A DNA stretch of 64,000 bases, from positions 15,190,001 to 15,254,000 of the forward strand of contig JBHGNT010000007.1 of assembly GCA_043228905.1 (NCBI GenBank), given 5' to 3'. Source of the stretch: Azolla caroliniana (lineage: Eukaryota; Plantae; Polypodiophyta). Below are positions 26,205 through 38,500 of the stretch, piece after piece. Numbering within the stretch: position 1 is the stretch's first letter; every line of letters begins with the position of its first letter. The translations under genes and the position numbers were made by a program. Below the pieces are notes generated by a model. The model saw nothing but the letters and a program-made list of their open reading frames with translations. It did not search any database and was not told the DNA's origin.

Positions 26205-27904
26205 CTTGCTGTAAGTCTTGGAATTTTTTTAAAATTTTCCATTAAAAAAATACTCTTGCATTTTCGACTGAGACATAATGCATTGCATCGAATTCTAGCT
26301 ATATAGACTAAAATATAATACATTGCATTGGATTTGAGTTGAAAGTCCACATTTTCGTATTTGTTTTCGAATTTTCTTATCTTTTGAATTTGTTTTGAAT
26401 TTTTTTATTTTTCCCATAAATAAATAAATAAATATTGGAAACATACATTTTCAACAGAAATCCGATGCAGTGCATCGGATTTCCGTTGAAAATCCACCTT
26501 TTCTTGTTTTTTGAATTTTTATTGAATTTGTTTTTAATTTTGTTATTTTTCCCCTTACTAAATAAATAAAAATGGAAAAAAATGGATTTTCAATGGAAAT
26601 CCATTGCACTGCATCAGATTTCCGTTCAAAGTCCACTTTTTCTTATTTGTTTTAAAATTTTCATATTTTTGAATTTTTTTTAATTTTTTTTGAATTTTTT
26701 TATTTTTCGAATAAATAAATAAATAAGAATTGAAAAATGTATTTTGAAAGGAAATCCTATGCACTACATCTAATTTCCATTGAAAGTCTACTATTTATTA
26801 TTTCTTTCCTAATTTTCATATTTTTCAATTATTTTATTTTTCCAATAAATAAATAATGAAAAAATTTATTTTCAACGGAAATCCAATGCAATGCATCAGA
26901 TTTCTATTGAAAATCCACTATTTCTTATTTTTTTCCAAATTTTCATATTTTTTGAAATTGTTTTGTATTTCTTTTGAATTTGTATATATTTCCAATAAAT
27001 AAATAAATAGAAATTGGAAAAATGGACTTTCAATGGAAACCAAATGTACAGCATCGAATTTCCCTTGAAAGTCCACTATTTCTTATTTGTTTCCAAATTT
27101 TCATCTTTTTTGAAAATTTTTTTGTATTTGTTTTGAATTTTTTTATTTTTCCAATAAATAAATAAATAAAAATTGAAAAAATGGATTTTCAACAAAAATC
27201 CATCGGATTTTCATTGAAAGTCTACTATTTCTTATTTTTTTTCCAAATTTTCATATTTTTTAAAATTATTGTGTATTTGTTTTGAATTTTTCTACTTTTT
27301 CCATAAATAAATAATTAAACATTGAAAAAATGGATTTTCAATGGATATCTGATGCAGTGCATTGGATTTCAATAGAAAATCCACTTTTTCTTATTTTTTT
27401 TCAAAGTTTCTTATTTTTTCCATAAAAATTGTTAAAAATAAAAGAATCGTGATTTTGGCCATTTAAAATGGTGTATTTTCAACGTGAATCTGATGCAGTG
27501 CATTTGATTTTGAAAGTCCAAGATTTTTCTTTTATTTTTTCATTTATCATGGATTTTCAACTGAAATCCGAGGTAGTGGATCAGAATTTCATTGAAAATA
27601 CAATATTTTTTTATTATTTCATTGTTTTATGAAAAAACTAAAAGAAATTTGGACTTTTAATTGAAATCCGATGCAATGCATGAAATTTAAGTTGGAAATC
27701 CACTTTTTTAATATTTTTACTTATTTATCGGAAAAATGAAAAACAATTGAAAAGAAAAAAGATTGTCAGCCAAAATCTGATGCAATACGTAGATGTCTAG
27801 CTGTATAGACTACAATTCGATGCAGTGCATTGGATTTCAGTTGAAAAACCATTTATGATTATTTTTTATATGGGAAAAAATATTGAAAAAAGACCCTGAG
27901 CAAG
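26205..27904. repeat. AT-rich tandem array (~140-150 bp unit), each unit with the palindrome AAATCCGATGCA-G-TGCATCGGATTT
   Basis: Palindrome variants recur near 26460, 26600, 26755, 26880, 27040, 27350, 27490, 27570, 27665 and 27820. Confidence 0.8.
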
Positions 27905-27911
27905 TTAATTT

Positions 27912-28190
27912 CATCAAGATGAGGATCCAAGGTATCTGAGACTGTCTGGATCAAGACCAAGAAGTTGGGGCAAAGCATATCAATGAAACTTAGATGTTCC
28001 AAATGACTTCTAGAGAACCTATGGAACTTATAGATGAAGAAGCAGGGGACCTTATTGAATTAGAATATGTGTCAGAGTTTGAACATATTAACGATTCAAC
28101 TTAGCGTACTGACGAAGCCAATGAGCACAATCCTGATGAAAGAGCTAATCCTGAGGAGACTGCTTTACCAGACTTATTATTCGATTGAAT
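27912..28190 (+). pseudogene. Third, 3'-terminal fragment of the ParB-MTase gene inside the CACTA element
   Basis: IKMRIQGI*DCLDQDQEVGAKHINET*MFQMTSREP aligns with INMWIKALWECLDQDEEVGAKHIADTEQFQVASREP of ORF 40433-40795. Confidence 0.8.
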
Positions 28191-30504
28191 GGATAGGGCT
28201 TATTGTAAAATTTGAACAATATGAATTGTTAAATTTTGACGTAATATATAAGTTGAGCTTATTTATAATTTTCGTGTAACACTCATTAATCTTAGACATT
28301 AAGTATAATTTGTATGTGTACATGTTGTCTAAAGTCTCCTTTATCGTTTGGGGTATATGGGAGATAAAATTATACTCTTATCATTTACTTGTATGATTGG
28401 AATGTTATTGTAGACTAGTTTATTTATACATTGATGGCGTCATATATCACGTGTCAATGGAAATTTTTTCTTGACATAGTAGTATCTCTTAATTTCAAGG
28501 TTCACAATTTGCTTTAAGATATATTATATATAAATATACACACATAATTAGAAGAAGTCACTTATTCAATGGGGTATGTTTTTTAGAATATGCACAAGGA
28601 CTTGTGTTACTATTATACTTGCGTTGACGAATATACCCTTGTCTAAGATTTGGATAAAAACATGGTAGATAGAATATATGTCAGATGATTTTGTTGACAT
28701 GATATTAGTTAGTTCTATTTTTCGCTATGTTTTCATAAACCACATACGCATGCAGCATGCCTTTTTTAAATTATGCTTAAATAAGGTATTTTTTAACATC
28801 TCACCTAGATATGAAAAAGAGAATGCGACATATTACCTGTTTCAAATGACCCGGTGTTTATACTTATAAGCCCAACTAAAGAGAAATACTAACCCAATCT
28901 TTGAATGCAATAAAATATTCTAACAAAGCCTTGTAGGTGGACGTTGTTGGATAGTCTTCGGTCACTTGGTTCGAAGATAAGCAACCAAGTTGCTTCATCA
29001 TCACCTCCTGAATTTTCATGTAGACCTTGTGACTGGAAAATCAAAAGCTAACTTTAAAACACTTAAAACATAAAATAATGGTAAATCACATACAACATGA
29101 AAAAATGTAAATACTTGTTGAACTCAGTGACCATTTCTTCTAGGCTAAGCTCTTTGGCCACAACCCGTGGCAAAACAGACACAAGTAGCTGCTCATCCTT
29201 AATTCCTTGCATCACTTTCCATAGAGACAACTTCATGTTGTCTGTTGCTTCCTCAATTGTGAGGTCAATCTTCTTTGCAACATTTGACTTCAACTCAAGT
29301 TGAGGGCCAACTTTCGATTTATTTTGTCTTTGACCTTTGGCCTCTTTATTCTCCCACATTGTGGAAATCTGGTCTTGTAACTCCCATACTTCTCCATCTC
29401 TAAAGGCTAGTTGGAACCACGACTTGTACTTTCTAATGTCCTCAGACTTCACTTGATCATCCACCACAATTTTGACCTCATGAAGTGATTGTCTTTATAA
29501 CTTTGCTCCATGTTTCTGTTTGATGTCTAAGTATTCGTGGTGGAAAAACCTGATTTGCTCAATTGAATACATCTTTTGGCAGTAGTCATTGTCGTTGTTA
29601 TGGTCCCATGCTAACAACTTCGCCTCATCTGTTGTTAGCCCCACATAAATTTTACCATTTGCATATTCAAAGAAATATGTGATTAGATGTTCTCTGATCA
29701 ATTGTGTCCTAGCCTTTGTCGAGTGTGATCCTGCAATTACGTAATAATTGTATTGATCGTGTTTTCTAACATCGAAGTGTTTTAAAGATGAACACTCATC
29801 AAGATCAATCATTACGATAAATGGAAAAACTGTCGCCGGATTAATCTTCATTTTCTTTTTCAAGTTTTGGACATGTAGTTTGTGAGACTCTCTTATCTCT
29901 AATGATCGACGTTGAGTCTTTTCGTCGACAGGTGGGTGATGAATGTGAGTGATGGGAAGGTTGAAGACTTGTCCTTTCCTCATGAGATCTCTTTGAATAA
30001 TCTCTCTTCTAAATTTGTTTTTCTTTGTATAAAGGACACTAGACAGAGTTGACATATTGCATTGCCCACTGGTATTCAGTCATGTCTTTGTCATCTAATA
30101 TTTCCCCTCCCAATGTACCCACCATTTTCATTTGACTGACCTCATCAGAAGGCTACCTACCCACTTGATCGTTTTTTGTCTTTTGGGTGTATGTGATTAT
30201 AGGGAGTTTAGGGTTATCTCCAAGGGAGCTCTGATATTTGAGACAGATTTTCTTGATAGGTTGTTCATCCTAATGTTCCGTAGACCTAATATGAAAACTC
30301 AAGAAACAATTCCTATGTTACCCTAAGGGACAAGTGTATTTGTGCTTAGTATATCCCAAAAAGATGAAGTTGGCCAATGATTTGATGAATTCTAGTCATT
30401 TAGAGGTAATAAATGGCTATTTTACCAACTTAAGGACATGTTTTTCTATTAACCACCTTTTCTTCTATGATTTGGTCTCTAAGGTCGTGGTATTGGGCAT
30501 CTAT

Positions 30505-31570
30505 GTGCACAAACTCGATACATTGTATCCAGTTTATGCACTTTCTCTCCCAACTCATGACAGGAACTCAAGGCTCCTTATGTCCAACGCTCGGCCACAA
30601 CCGAGATTCTTTTCATACACAGAAAAACGGGAAATAGAACATGACACAAAGAAGAGGAAGATACACAGGAGGTTTACGTGGAAAACCCCAAACTAGGGGA
30701 AAAACCACGGCAACCCACAGGCTGCAAACTGTCACTATGTAAGAATGTACAAAATAGTGAGTTCACGGAGGCAACGACCTCGGACTCACGATCTTCGCCA
30801 CAGGCGGCGGTTACAACAGAGGCAACGACCTCTCTTTCTCTCTCTCTCTCTGTGTGTGTACAGTTACACACACACTCTCTTTTCCTGCACCAACAAGAAA
30901 AAATGAACAACAACAACTAAAGTTTGCCCTAAGTCATATTTATACTAATATGACTTTTCGGCTATTTACAAATATAGCCTCGGTGGACTATCAGAAAACA
31001 TATTTACGAATATGTCTCTTCATCCGGTTCTCCGTAGCCGGGTACTCCTCATCCGGTTCATACCGGGTCTGCACCATCCGGCTCTCCGTAGCCGGGTACT
31101 CCTCATCTGGTTCATACCGGGTCTGCACCATCCGGCTCTCCATAGCCGGGTACTCCTCATCCGGTTTCGGCCTCGACCTATCGGCCTCGGCCGAGTTTGT
31201 TCATCGGCACTGTTCTTATCCCTTCCCATCCGGAGGGACCTGTCTCCCAACAACTCGATACATTGTATCAAGTTGATGTCCCAACTTGATACATTGTAAA
31301 GATTTTGTGCACTTTCTCTCCCAACTGGATACAATGTATCGAGTTGGGGCCTCAACTCAATACAATGTACCGAGTTGGGACCCCAACTCCATACAATGTA
31401 TTGAGTTTGTGCACCTTCTCTCCCAACTCGATACAATGCGTGCACAAACTCAGTACATTGTATTCAGTTGGGACATCAACTTGATACAATGTATTGAGTT
31501 TGTGCACATACAATCAGAAACATCCAAGTCGATACATTGTATTAAGTTGGGACATCAACTTGATTTGCGC
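30505..31570. repeat. Tandem palindromic ~30-bp units (CAACTCGATACATTGTATCGAGTTG), split by a solo LTR
   Basis: Units at ~30510-30557 and repeatedly across 31251-31565. Confidence 0.75.
30558..31252 (-). mobile_element. Solo LTR (CCGG-minisatellite family)
   Basis: Reverse-complement homolog of 34354-35142; TG...CA ends; TSD ACTCA/ACTCG. Confidence 0.85.
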
Positions 31571-31739
31571 ACTTCCCTTCCATCTTTTGATGAGGATAAG
31601 ACTTCAACCTTTGCCTTTTCGTTGCGAGTGGAGCAAAACCACCAGCAACCTAGCTAGTGCTTCTCTTATTTTTTGAAGATTGCATATAAAAATTTCACCT
31701 TTTCTCCCTCTTTCTCTATTATTATATATCTTACAATAT

Positions 31740-32529
31740 AATTTCTTAAATACTTTTATCCTTTTTCCAGCTACCACGTTTAGGATTACTGTCTTAGGAT
31801 ATACGTTTTTTACTATGTAAAGCCCAAACCATCTTTCAACAAACTTGCGGACAATGTTATGTTGATTAGATAAACTGCTATCATACACAACCACCCAATC
31901 CCCTTCTTCTATTTTCTTAGGCCGAATTTTATGAGTTTTATCAAAACGAACTTTATTCTTTAATTCAGCCTCCTTCAATCATTTGACTGTTAATTCTACA
32001 TCTTTAGGTCGACACTCTAATTGTTGAATTTGCAAAGCAAGAAATTCTTCTCAGCTCACCTCTTCTCCCCATGGAATAGATGCCCATGACACAATTAATT
32101 CTTCTAATGGGATGATGGGCTTTTGGCCAAGTATCAATTCAATTAGCATGTATCTTGTTATCGAACTATTTATTGTCTGATCTGCCCATAGTGCATAAGG
32201 TAGCATTTGTGGCCAATCTCTTATTTTAACTTTACAGCTTTTCACGATTTCCTTAACTATTGGGCTATGTCCTCTTTCAATATTTCCATTGCCCTCCGGA
32301 TTATAAGCAGTTGTCCATGATAATTTGACCCCTATCTGACTAAAGAATTGTCTAGCTTCATCAAAATCAAGTTCTCCTCTATCAACAATTATTTTACCAA
32401 CACACACATAACGACATATTACATCTTCTAACAAAAATGTACATACAACTCTAGTAGTTTTTTGTCGTAGCGGTCTTCCTTCCACTTGGTTTGTAAGGTC
32501 TTCTCTTGCTATTACTAAATATTGTTTAC
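31740..32529 (-). pseudogene. Gypsy integrase fragment related to the 1355-8156 element
   Basis: REDLTNQVEGRPLR...IIVDRGELD...TTAYNPEGNGNIERGHSPIV; KIEEGDWVVVYDSS also occurs near 7050. Confidence 0.8.
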
Positions 32530-32824
32530 TGTAGGTTGAAACTTAGCCACAAACACAAGGTGTCCATTCCAGAACACTTCTCCAAAGGGGTAGTTAAGGG
32601 ATGGATGTTATCCGGTGCTATCCAATTCCGATCCGACTAATTCCGGATTCTTTTCCGATTGTTACTACACAACAGTTCTGGTTCCATCTGCTCCATTCCG
32701 GCTCCTTCTGATCCAGTTGTGGTTGTGACTATGGCTCTGTTGGTTGCTCCTCATCACTAATGTTGATGTGCTCCGCTCGCTTTTCAAATTCCTTCCATTG
32801 TCACTCCCCCTCATAGCCCTCGAA

Positions 32825-35800
32825 CTATAGTTGCATGTCGAGTTGATCATCTTCAAGCCTATCGATGAGCTTACAAACAACCTCTATACAAGTTTCGGCC
32901 AGGCAAAAAAAATCATCCGAATATTCTTCTCGGATGGTTATAATTCTTTCCTCATCCATTTTATAGAAATTGTTGTCGGCTTCCTTCCGGTTTTCAGCGT
33001 CCGCTCGGAGTAGATGCAGTTCCATTGTTTGTCTAGACCATTCATTCCATACCATCGTTGAATAATCGTCTATCTTTATCTTTGTTTGTTCCCTCCACAT
33101 TGCAACGATCATCCGGACACATTTGATGCCCAGTTTCATTTTGTCCTTCGTGGTCTCCTTTCCATTCTTGAGTTGTTTGATGAGGTCGACCGCATCGGTC
33201 GCTTGCGCTTCATACTCTATTAGTTTGGTTTGGTATGTTGTCTGTACCCTATCCAAAATCACCTTTGCCCATTCGACCTCTTGATAGTGTTGCGATATGA
33301 GTTCCATTCGTTCTTTCACCACTTCCCCCAACACCTTTGCCGTCGTCTCAGCCATCATCCGTTCTTGGTCTCCAAGTGCCTCTGTCTTTTCTTTCAACTC
33401 TATCCGGGCCTCCTTGAGCTACTCTTGCTGGCGGTCATAATCCGACCCCGACTTCTTGTGTTCCACCTCCAGCTGCTTATGGTTCCGGTACAACTTCTCA
33501 AAGTTCTTTCTTTTTGCTTTAGGCACCGGTTGATTTGAGAGTGCGTCCAATCTTCTCGGTCCTTCTATAGCCAGATTTCTTCCTTCAACCTTTTGATCTC
33601 CGTCTTTGCCATTCGTTGGAGGTTATCATTTTCTTGCAGTAGGCTCTCTCTTTCCTCCTTCGTCGGTCATTAATTGCTTGACTCTTCCGGACACTCTCCT
33701 TGGTTCTCCGTTTCTCTTCCTAGATTGTCTTCCTCTGATCCCTCTCTGTTTCGCTTAATGCTTCTTGAGCGGCCAACCAATTCATCCTTTAGCATTTGCA
33801 AGTCCTTCTCTCGCTCACAATCTTTTACCGGGGATGTGCTAGCCATCAGTCCTACTTCCTTTTCCAGAGCTTTCTTCTGTATATTATCTGGTTCTAACGG
33901 CTACGTTTCTAGTCTAGTACTTTGGCCCATATTCACCATGATGGCCACTAATTCCTTGGCCCTTACCAACTCCTCCTCTGCACTCCAGATCTCATTCCGA
34001 GCCTTTTCCAACTCTTCGGTTAAGGCTAGCAATAGTTTTGTTTGGTTCCGCTCCATCCGTTATTCTTCTTCCATCCGGTCAGCCACATCGAAAACCTACT
34101 TCCCAAGCCATTACACCCATTGCCGGCAGGTTCCATTTTGTGTGAGTAGAACAAATTGTTGTACTGGCTCCGGCATCAGCCCTTGCTCCTCTTCTAGTAT
34201 CTGTGTAACTGATCCTTGTTGTTCTAGTGTGACCTATTCCGGCTAGCGCTCCTCGTATGGTTGCTGCATTTGAAGACCCAGTGACGTATGTTGTTCTTGC
34301 TCCGGTTCCTGCTAAACCGTGTCCACTATTGTTGGCCTTTCCATCGTTTCTACTGTTGGGAAACAGGTCCCTCCGGATGGGAAGGGAGAAGATCAGTGCC
34401 GATGAACAAACTCGGCTGAGGCCGAAACCGTATGAGGTGGACCCAGCCACGGAGAGCCGGATGATGCAGACCCGGTGAAGACCGGATGAGGAGTACCTGG
34501 CTACGGAGAGTCGGATGATATAGACCCGGTATGAACCGGATGAGGAGTACCTGGCTACGGAGAGCCGGATGATACAGACCCGGTGAAGACCGGATGAGGA
34601 GTACCCGGCTACGGAGAGCCGGATGATACAGACCCGGTATGAACCGGATGGGGAGTACCCAGCTACGGAGAGCCGGATGGTACAGACCCGGTGAGAACCG
34701 GATGAAGAGACTATATTTGTAAATAGCCGAAAAGTCATATTAGTATAAATATGACTTAGGGCAAACTTTTAGCATAGTTGTTACTGTTGTTGTAGTGTAG
34801 TTGTCATTCTTGTTGGTGCAAGAATAGAGAGTGTGTGTAACTGTACAGAGAGAGAGAGAGAGAGAAAGAGGTTGTTGCCTCTATTGTAACCGCCGCCTGT
34901 GGCGAAGATCTGTGAGCACGAGGTCGTTGCCTCAGTAAACTCACTGTTGTACATTCTTACATAGTGACAGTTTGCAGCCCTGTGGGCTGCCATGGTTTTT
35001 CCCCTAGGTAGGGGTTTTCCACGTAAACCTCCTGTGTATCTTCCTCCTCTTTGTGTCGTGTTGTATTTCCCGTTTTTCTGTGTATCATTCTAAGCTCGGT
35101 CGTGGCCGAGCGTCGTGCATAAGGAGCGTTGAGTTCCCGACATCTACCTCCGGGCTTGGCTCCACCACCGTTGATCGGGGAATCGGTATATTGTCCTTCC
35201 CCTAACCCAATCCTTCCCCATGCTGCTCAGTTTCGCATCTCCTCTTCTTCTGTTTCTTCTTCCTCCTCTTCTACGATTTCCTAGTGTGCTCTTCTCACCT
35301 GTTCCGCCTGATCTCTCTCATGCTGGCATAACTTTATCTTTATCGGCTTCACTGTCTTCTACAGAACTTTTTCCATTGTCTCTTGTCTTCGGGTCTCAAG
35401 AACTTGTTCTTCTCATCAAGACACTTCCCTTGCTGTCCATCCGAGGGTATGTTTGGCCAAGGGTTTGGCGTGGTCTTCGACCGAGCCCATTTCTTTGGCT
35501 TGTTTGGCGCGTGTTGATGGAAGTAACACCGTAAGCCACTATGCTAATCTAACCCAAGCTTGCTTGCCGTCAATTATAGCCGCAATCACCATCCGAAATA
35601 GTGAGTCGGCCACTATGATTGCTCAGTCCACCTTTAGGAGGCCTTCAAATGTTGTGATAATGAAGCTAGCCCTGTTCTTGGGCATGGCGAGTGGTCGGGG
35701 ATGAACAAAACCGTACTAGAGCAGCACTCCAGCCACGTCCCAGAACAAGGGGTTTTCGCCAGCCTATTCCAGTATGCCTTGCTTGCAATCAAGAACTCCC

Positions 35801-36170
35801 CAAAATATTCTGTCAGTATTTGGGTCGAGCGGTTCTCTATGGAGTACAGGCCTTCGGAAGGTAATTCGATGGTTTCTTGCACCGTTCTGTCGGAGAGCTC
35901 CTCCACATCAATCATCATGGCGGCCTTCTCCGGTTCTTCATGTGGTGGGACCTCAACTACTCGGATGAAACCCTCAAGACCGTTCTTGATGAGCCATTTT
36001 CTTACTTCATTCGAATGCACCATAGGTTCTGTGTTTTCTGGTTCGAGCTCAGTTCGAATGTTGAGGGCCAGTGGTTTTCTAGAAGTCTATGCGCTTTGTG
36101 CTCTTAAAATCTTTCGTTCACGAAATGAGACTCCTTTGTTTATTCGAAAATTTTGTACCCCCATCTTTCT
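32825..36170 (-). pseudogene. Broken long ORF with charged coiled-coil-like C-terminal part, probably a retroelement accessory ORF; interrupted by a solo LTR
   Basis: Minus-strand ORF pieces 36023-35634 and 33397-32825 are E/K/R-rich; TE context; no catalytic motif recognised. Confidence 0.35.
34354..35142 (+). mobile_element. Solo LTR (CCGG-minisatellite family)
   Basis: TGTTGGGAA...TTCCCGACA; perfect TSD TCTAC at 34349-34353 and 35143-35147; internal ~54-bp repeats. Confidence 0.92.
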
Positions 36171-36386
36171 CAGCCGCCACTTCTTGTTTCCTGCACATGC
36201 ACGTTGTATATCATTATAATATGATTACGCCGTGTGTTGCTCTTAAAATGGGCTAACGGTAACAATTTTCTCTTTTCTTCTAGTCCTCTACATGTGTTTT
36301 CTTTCTTTCTTTTCTTTCTAGTCCATGTATTGCCATGATACATGTTATTCTGATCAATTTTCTTTTGCCGACGTGAACTACCCCGA

Positions 36387-36912
36387 TGTTATCCGTGGGA
36401 TAAAAGTGTATCAGTATAGTGTGTTGGTACGTGCATAGATAAGTGTAAAGTCTTTGTAAAAAATGTCATGTGTAAGTATATGTGCAAATGTGCACATGTG
36501 TAAGTGAGTATATTAATATGTGAAGTGGGTAGGTTGTTAGAAGGTTATATAACTAACCTACAAGCCCCATTGTATCTTCTTGGATTGTGACCCTCACTCA
36601 TGTAATGTACCTATATAACCCCACCCAAGGGGGCATGAATGATAGTAGAAGTTTTGCGTCTCAATGTTGTGAGTTTCTCTCTCTCTCACTCACTCTCTCT
36701 TCCTCACTCTAAACCCCAACCCATCAACACTTGGCACGACCTACGGCCGGACCCTCATGTAATGTACCTATATAACCCCACCCAAGGGGGCATGAATGAT
36801 AGTAGAAGTTTTGCGTCTCAATGTTGTGAGTTTCTCTCTCTCTCACTCACTCTCTCTTCCTCACTCTCAACCCCAACCCATCAACACTTGGCACACCCTA
36901 CTGCCGGCCCCG
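36387..36912 (+). mobile_element. LTR (36387-36729) plus PBS-like TGGCACG..., with a tandem duplication of its 3' part and PBS (~36753-36912)
   Basis: TGTTA...TCAACA ends; CTATATAA box; ~160-bp direct duplication; 5' part repeated at 39394-39584. Confidence 0.65.
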
Positions 36913-37202
36913 TTGAGAAGACATTGATGCAACATAGGCAGCGGAAGTTTCCCCACCTAAAGCTATGAAGGTTGGTGGAAGAAGAAGTGTTGGCTAAATC
37001 TCAAGGAGCGATTATTTGGTGAAGTCTTCAATCCCATCTTGAGCAATTTATGTAGTGGTGTCAGTCATCTACACCCTTGGGAGCAAATTACATATGGTGG
37101 TCAAATCATCACCCTATTCTTCTCAGTGAGCTCGGCTCAAGCCAAAAGGTCTTCTCTGTTTGTCTATGCATCTATCTCTTTTCTCTGCCTTTGTCAGGAG
37201 AT

Positions 37203-37655
37203 ATGGAAGGAAGGTCCAGCTTGCTCGACCTTACAGAAGATGTCCTCATCTGCGTCCTCTGCTTTCTTGAACCCAAAGATCCTTCACCTACTCTTTTCTA
37301 TGCAAACGCCTCAGAGAGCTTTGCAATGGAAACGCAAAAGCTTGGCTTCCCATCTGTGAAAGAAGATGGGGCCGTTTCACAGACCTCAGGAAATGAGGCC
37401 ATGGAGAAATCTCCCATAGTCTCTTATATTCCACCCTGTCAAGACGGGAGAATCTGACAGGTTTCTGGCGAGGTGTGGGCTCGAGCGGGTATGGATCTTT
37501 AGTTCTGTTCCAATGGAGCTCTAATCGGATTTTAGCTCTGTTCCTGACGACATGGACATGGAAGGTTATAGTTATGGTGTTCAAAAGATACCTTTCTTGT
37601 GGATGGGCATTAATAAAGATGGGCAGGTTGTGTGCTATCTTGATGCCGATAAGAT
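37203..37655 (+). pseudogene. F-box protein pseudogene fragment (resembles the Arabidopsis At3g12350 family, from memory)
   Basis: LLDLTEDVLICVLCFLEPKD F-box; after a frameshift WLPICERRWG..LRK*GHGEISHSLLYSTLSRRENLTGFWRG..LVLFQW; then YGVQKIPFLWMGI. Confidence 0.7.
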
Positions 37656-37769
37656 GATGGAGGATGGTGCTTGTTGATGTGCATTTTGTGGGTGGCCATC
37701 CTCTTGTAACTCAAGAGATTCTTCAACATCAAGTTCTATTTCATCATCATCATCATCATCATCAGAAAC

Positions 37770-38500
37770 AACGGCCAAACAGCGGCCAAGCGAAGGCCAG
37801 ATAGCAGCGGTCGACAGACAAACAACGGCGATTGGCTGAACAGCAGTCGAGTTGCGGCTGGATAGAGGCGGTGATTGGCCGGACAGTGGCCGAGTGGCGG
37901 ACGAACAACGGTGATTGGTCGAATAGAGGCCAAGCAAAGTCCGGATAGGAGCGGCCGAACATGGGCTGAGTGGAGGCCAGATAGCAGCAGTCGACGGCTG
38001 GACAGCGGCAATTGGCGGGAGAGTGGCGAACAGTAGCCGCGATTGGCCGGACAGTGGCCGAGTGGTGGCTGAACAACGGCGATTGGCCGAACAGCGGCCA
38101 ACTGGTGGCCAAACAGCAGCTGGACAACGGTCAAATAGCGGCCGAGTGGCAGCAACTGGCCGAGTGGTGGCCAAACATCGACCGGACAACGACCAAATAG
38201 CGGGGAAGTGGTGGCCGAACAGCGGTGATTAGCCGAACAATGGCCGGGAAATGAACAAACAGTGGCCAGATAATGGCCGAATAGCTGTCACGTGGTGGCA
38301 ATTAGCCGGATAGTGGCCGACAGTGGCTGGGTGTCCGAAGAATGGTCAAGTGGCGGCCTGATAGCCGCCGGACAATGGTCGAATAGCTGCAGAGTGGCGG
38401 TGGCGATTGCCAAAATAGTAGCCGGCAACGTCCAGACAGCAGTCAAGTGGCGGGCGAGGGCAGCTGGACAACCAACAACGAATAGTGCCGGCCAACAGAC
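37770..38500. repeat. GC-rich degenerate minisatellite (GGCCGAA/CAGCGGC-type units)
   Basis: Recurring TGGCCG, ATAGCGGC and GATTGGCCG; generates low-complexity ORFs in many frames. Confidence 0.75.

Larger units (their letters stand above)
25542..28865. mobile_element. Non-autonomous CACTA (En/Spm) DNA transposon
   Basis: Left end CACTATAAACATTGGGACATTTGAAACAGGTAATATGTTGCATT; right-end reverse complement AAGTATAAACACCGGGTCATTTGAAACAGGTAATATGTCGCATT; 3-bp TSD ATA at 25539-25541 and 28866-28868. Confidence 0.8.
24245..30285 (-). pseudogene. Copy 1 of spliced ParB-like + beta-class amino-DNA-methyltransferase gene; exons ~30285-29115, 29032-28894, 25491-25025, 24922-24668, 24579-24245; one intron split by a CACTA insertion
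   Basis: YYVIAGSHSTKAR (ParB-like); YCGDVVEMAQKL..EYTLMIADIPND (motif IV region); NPNQKPQCLIMCLIEMFSNEGDWICDLFSGMG|T..ACPLKLFRNTVAFEKD (motifs X, I, II); GT-AG introns at the same positions as copy 2; stops and deletions. Confidence 0.8.

Noticed and set aside
31251-31570. Palindromic ~30-bp repeats resembling a CRISPR array
   Set aside because: No unique constant-length spacers, no cas genes, eukaryotic TE context
34079-34738. 219-aa ORF with repeated IIRLSVAGYSSSG (also ORF 30854-31276)
   Set aside because: Antisense translation of the LTR minisatellite
32530-36562. TGTAGGTT...AACCTACA as the termini of one element
   Set aside because: The right 'end' is internal to the LTR starting at 36387 (also present at ~39560) and no TSD is seen
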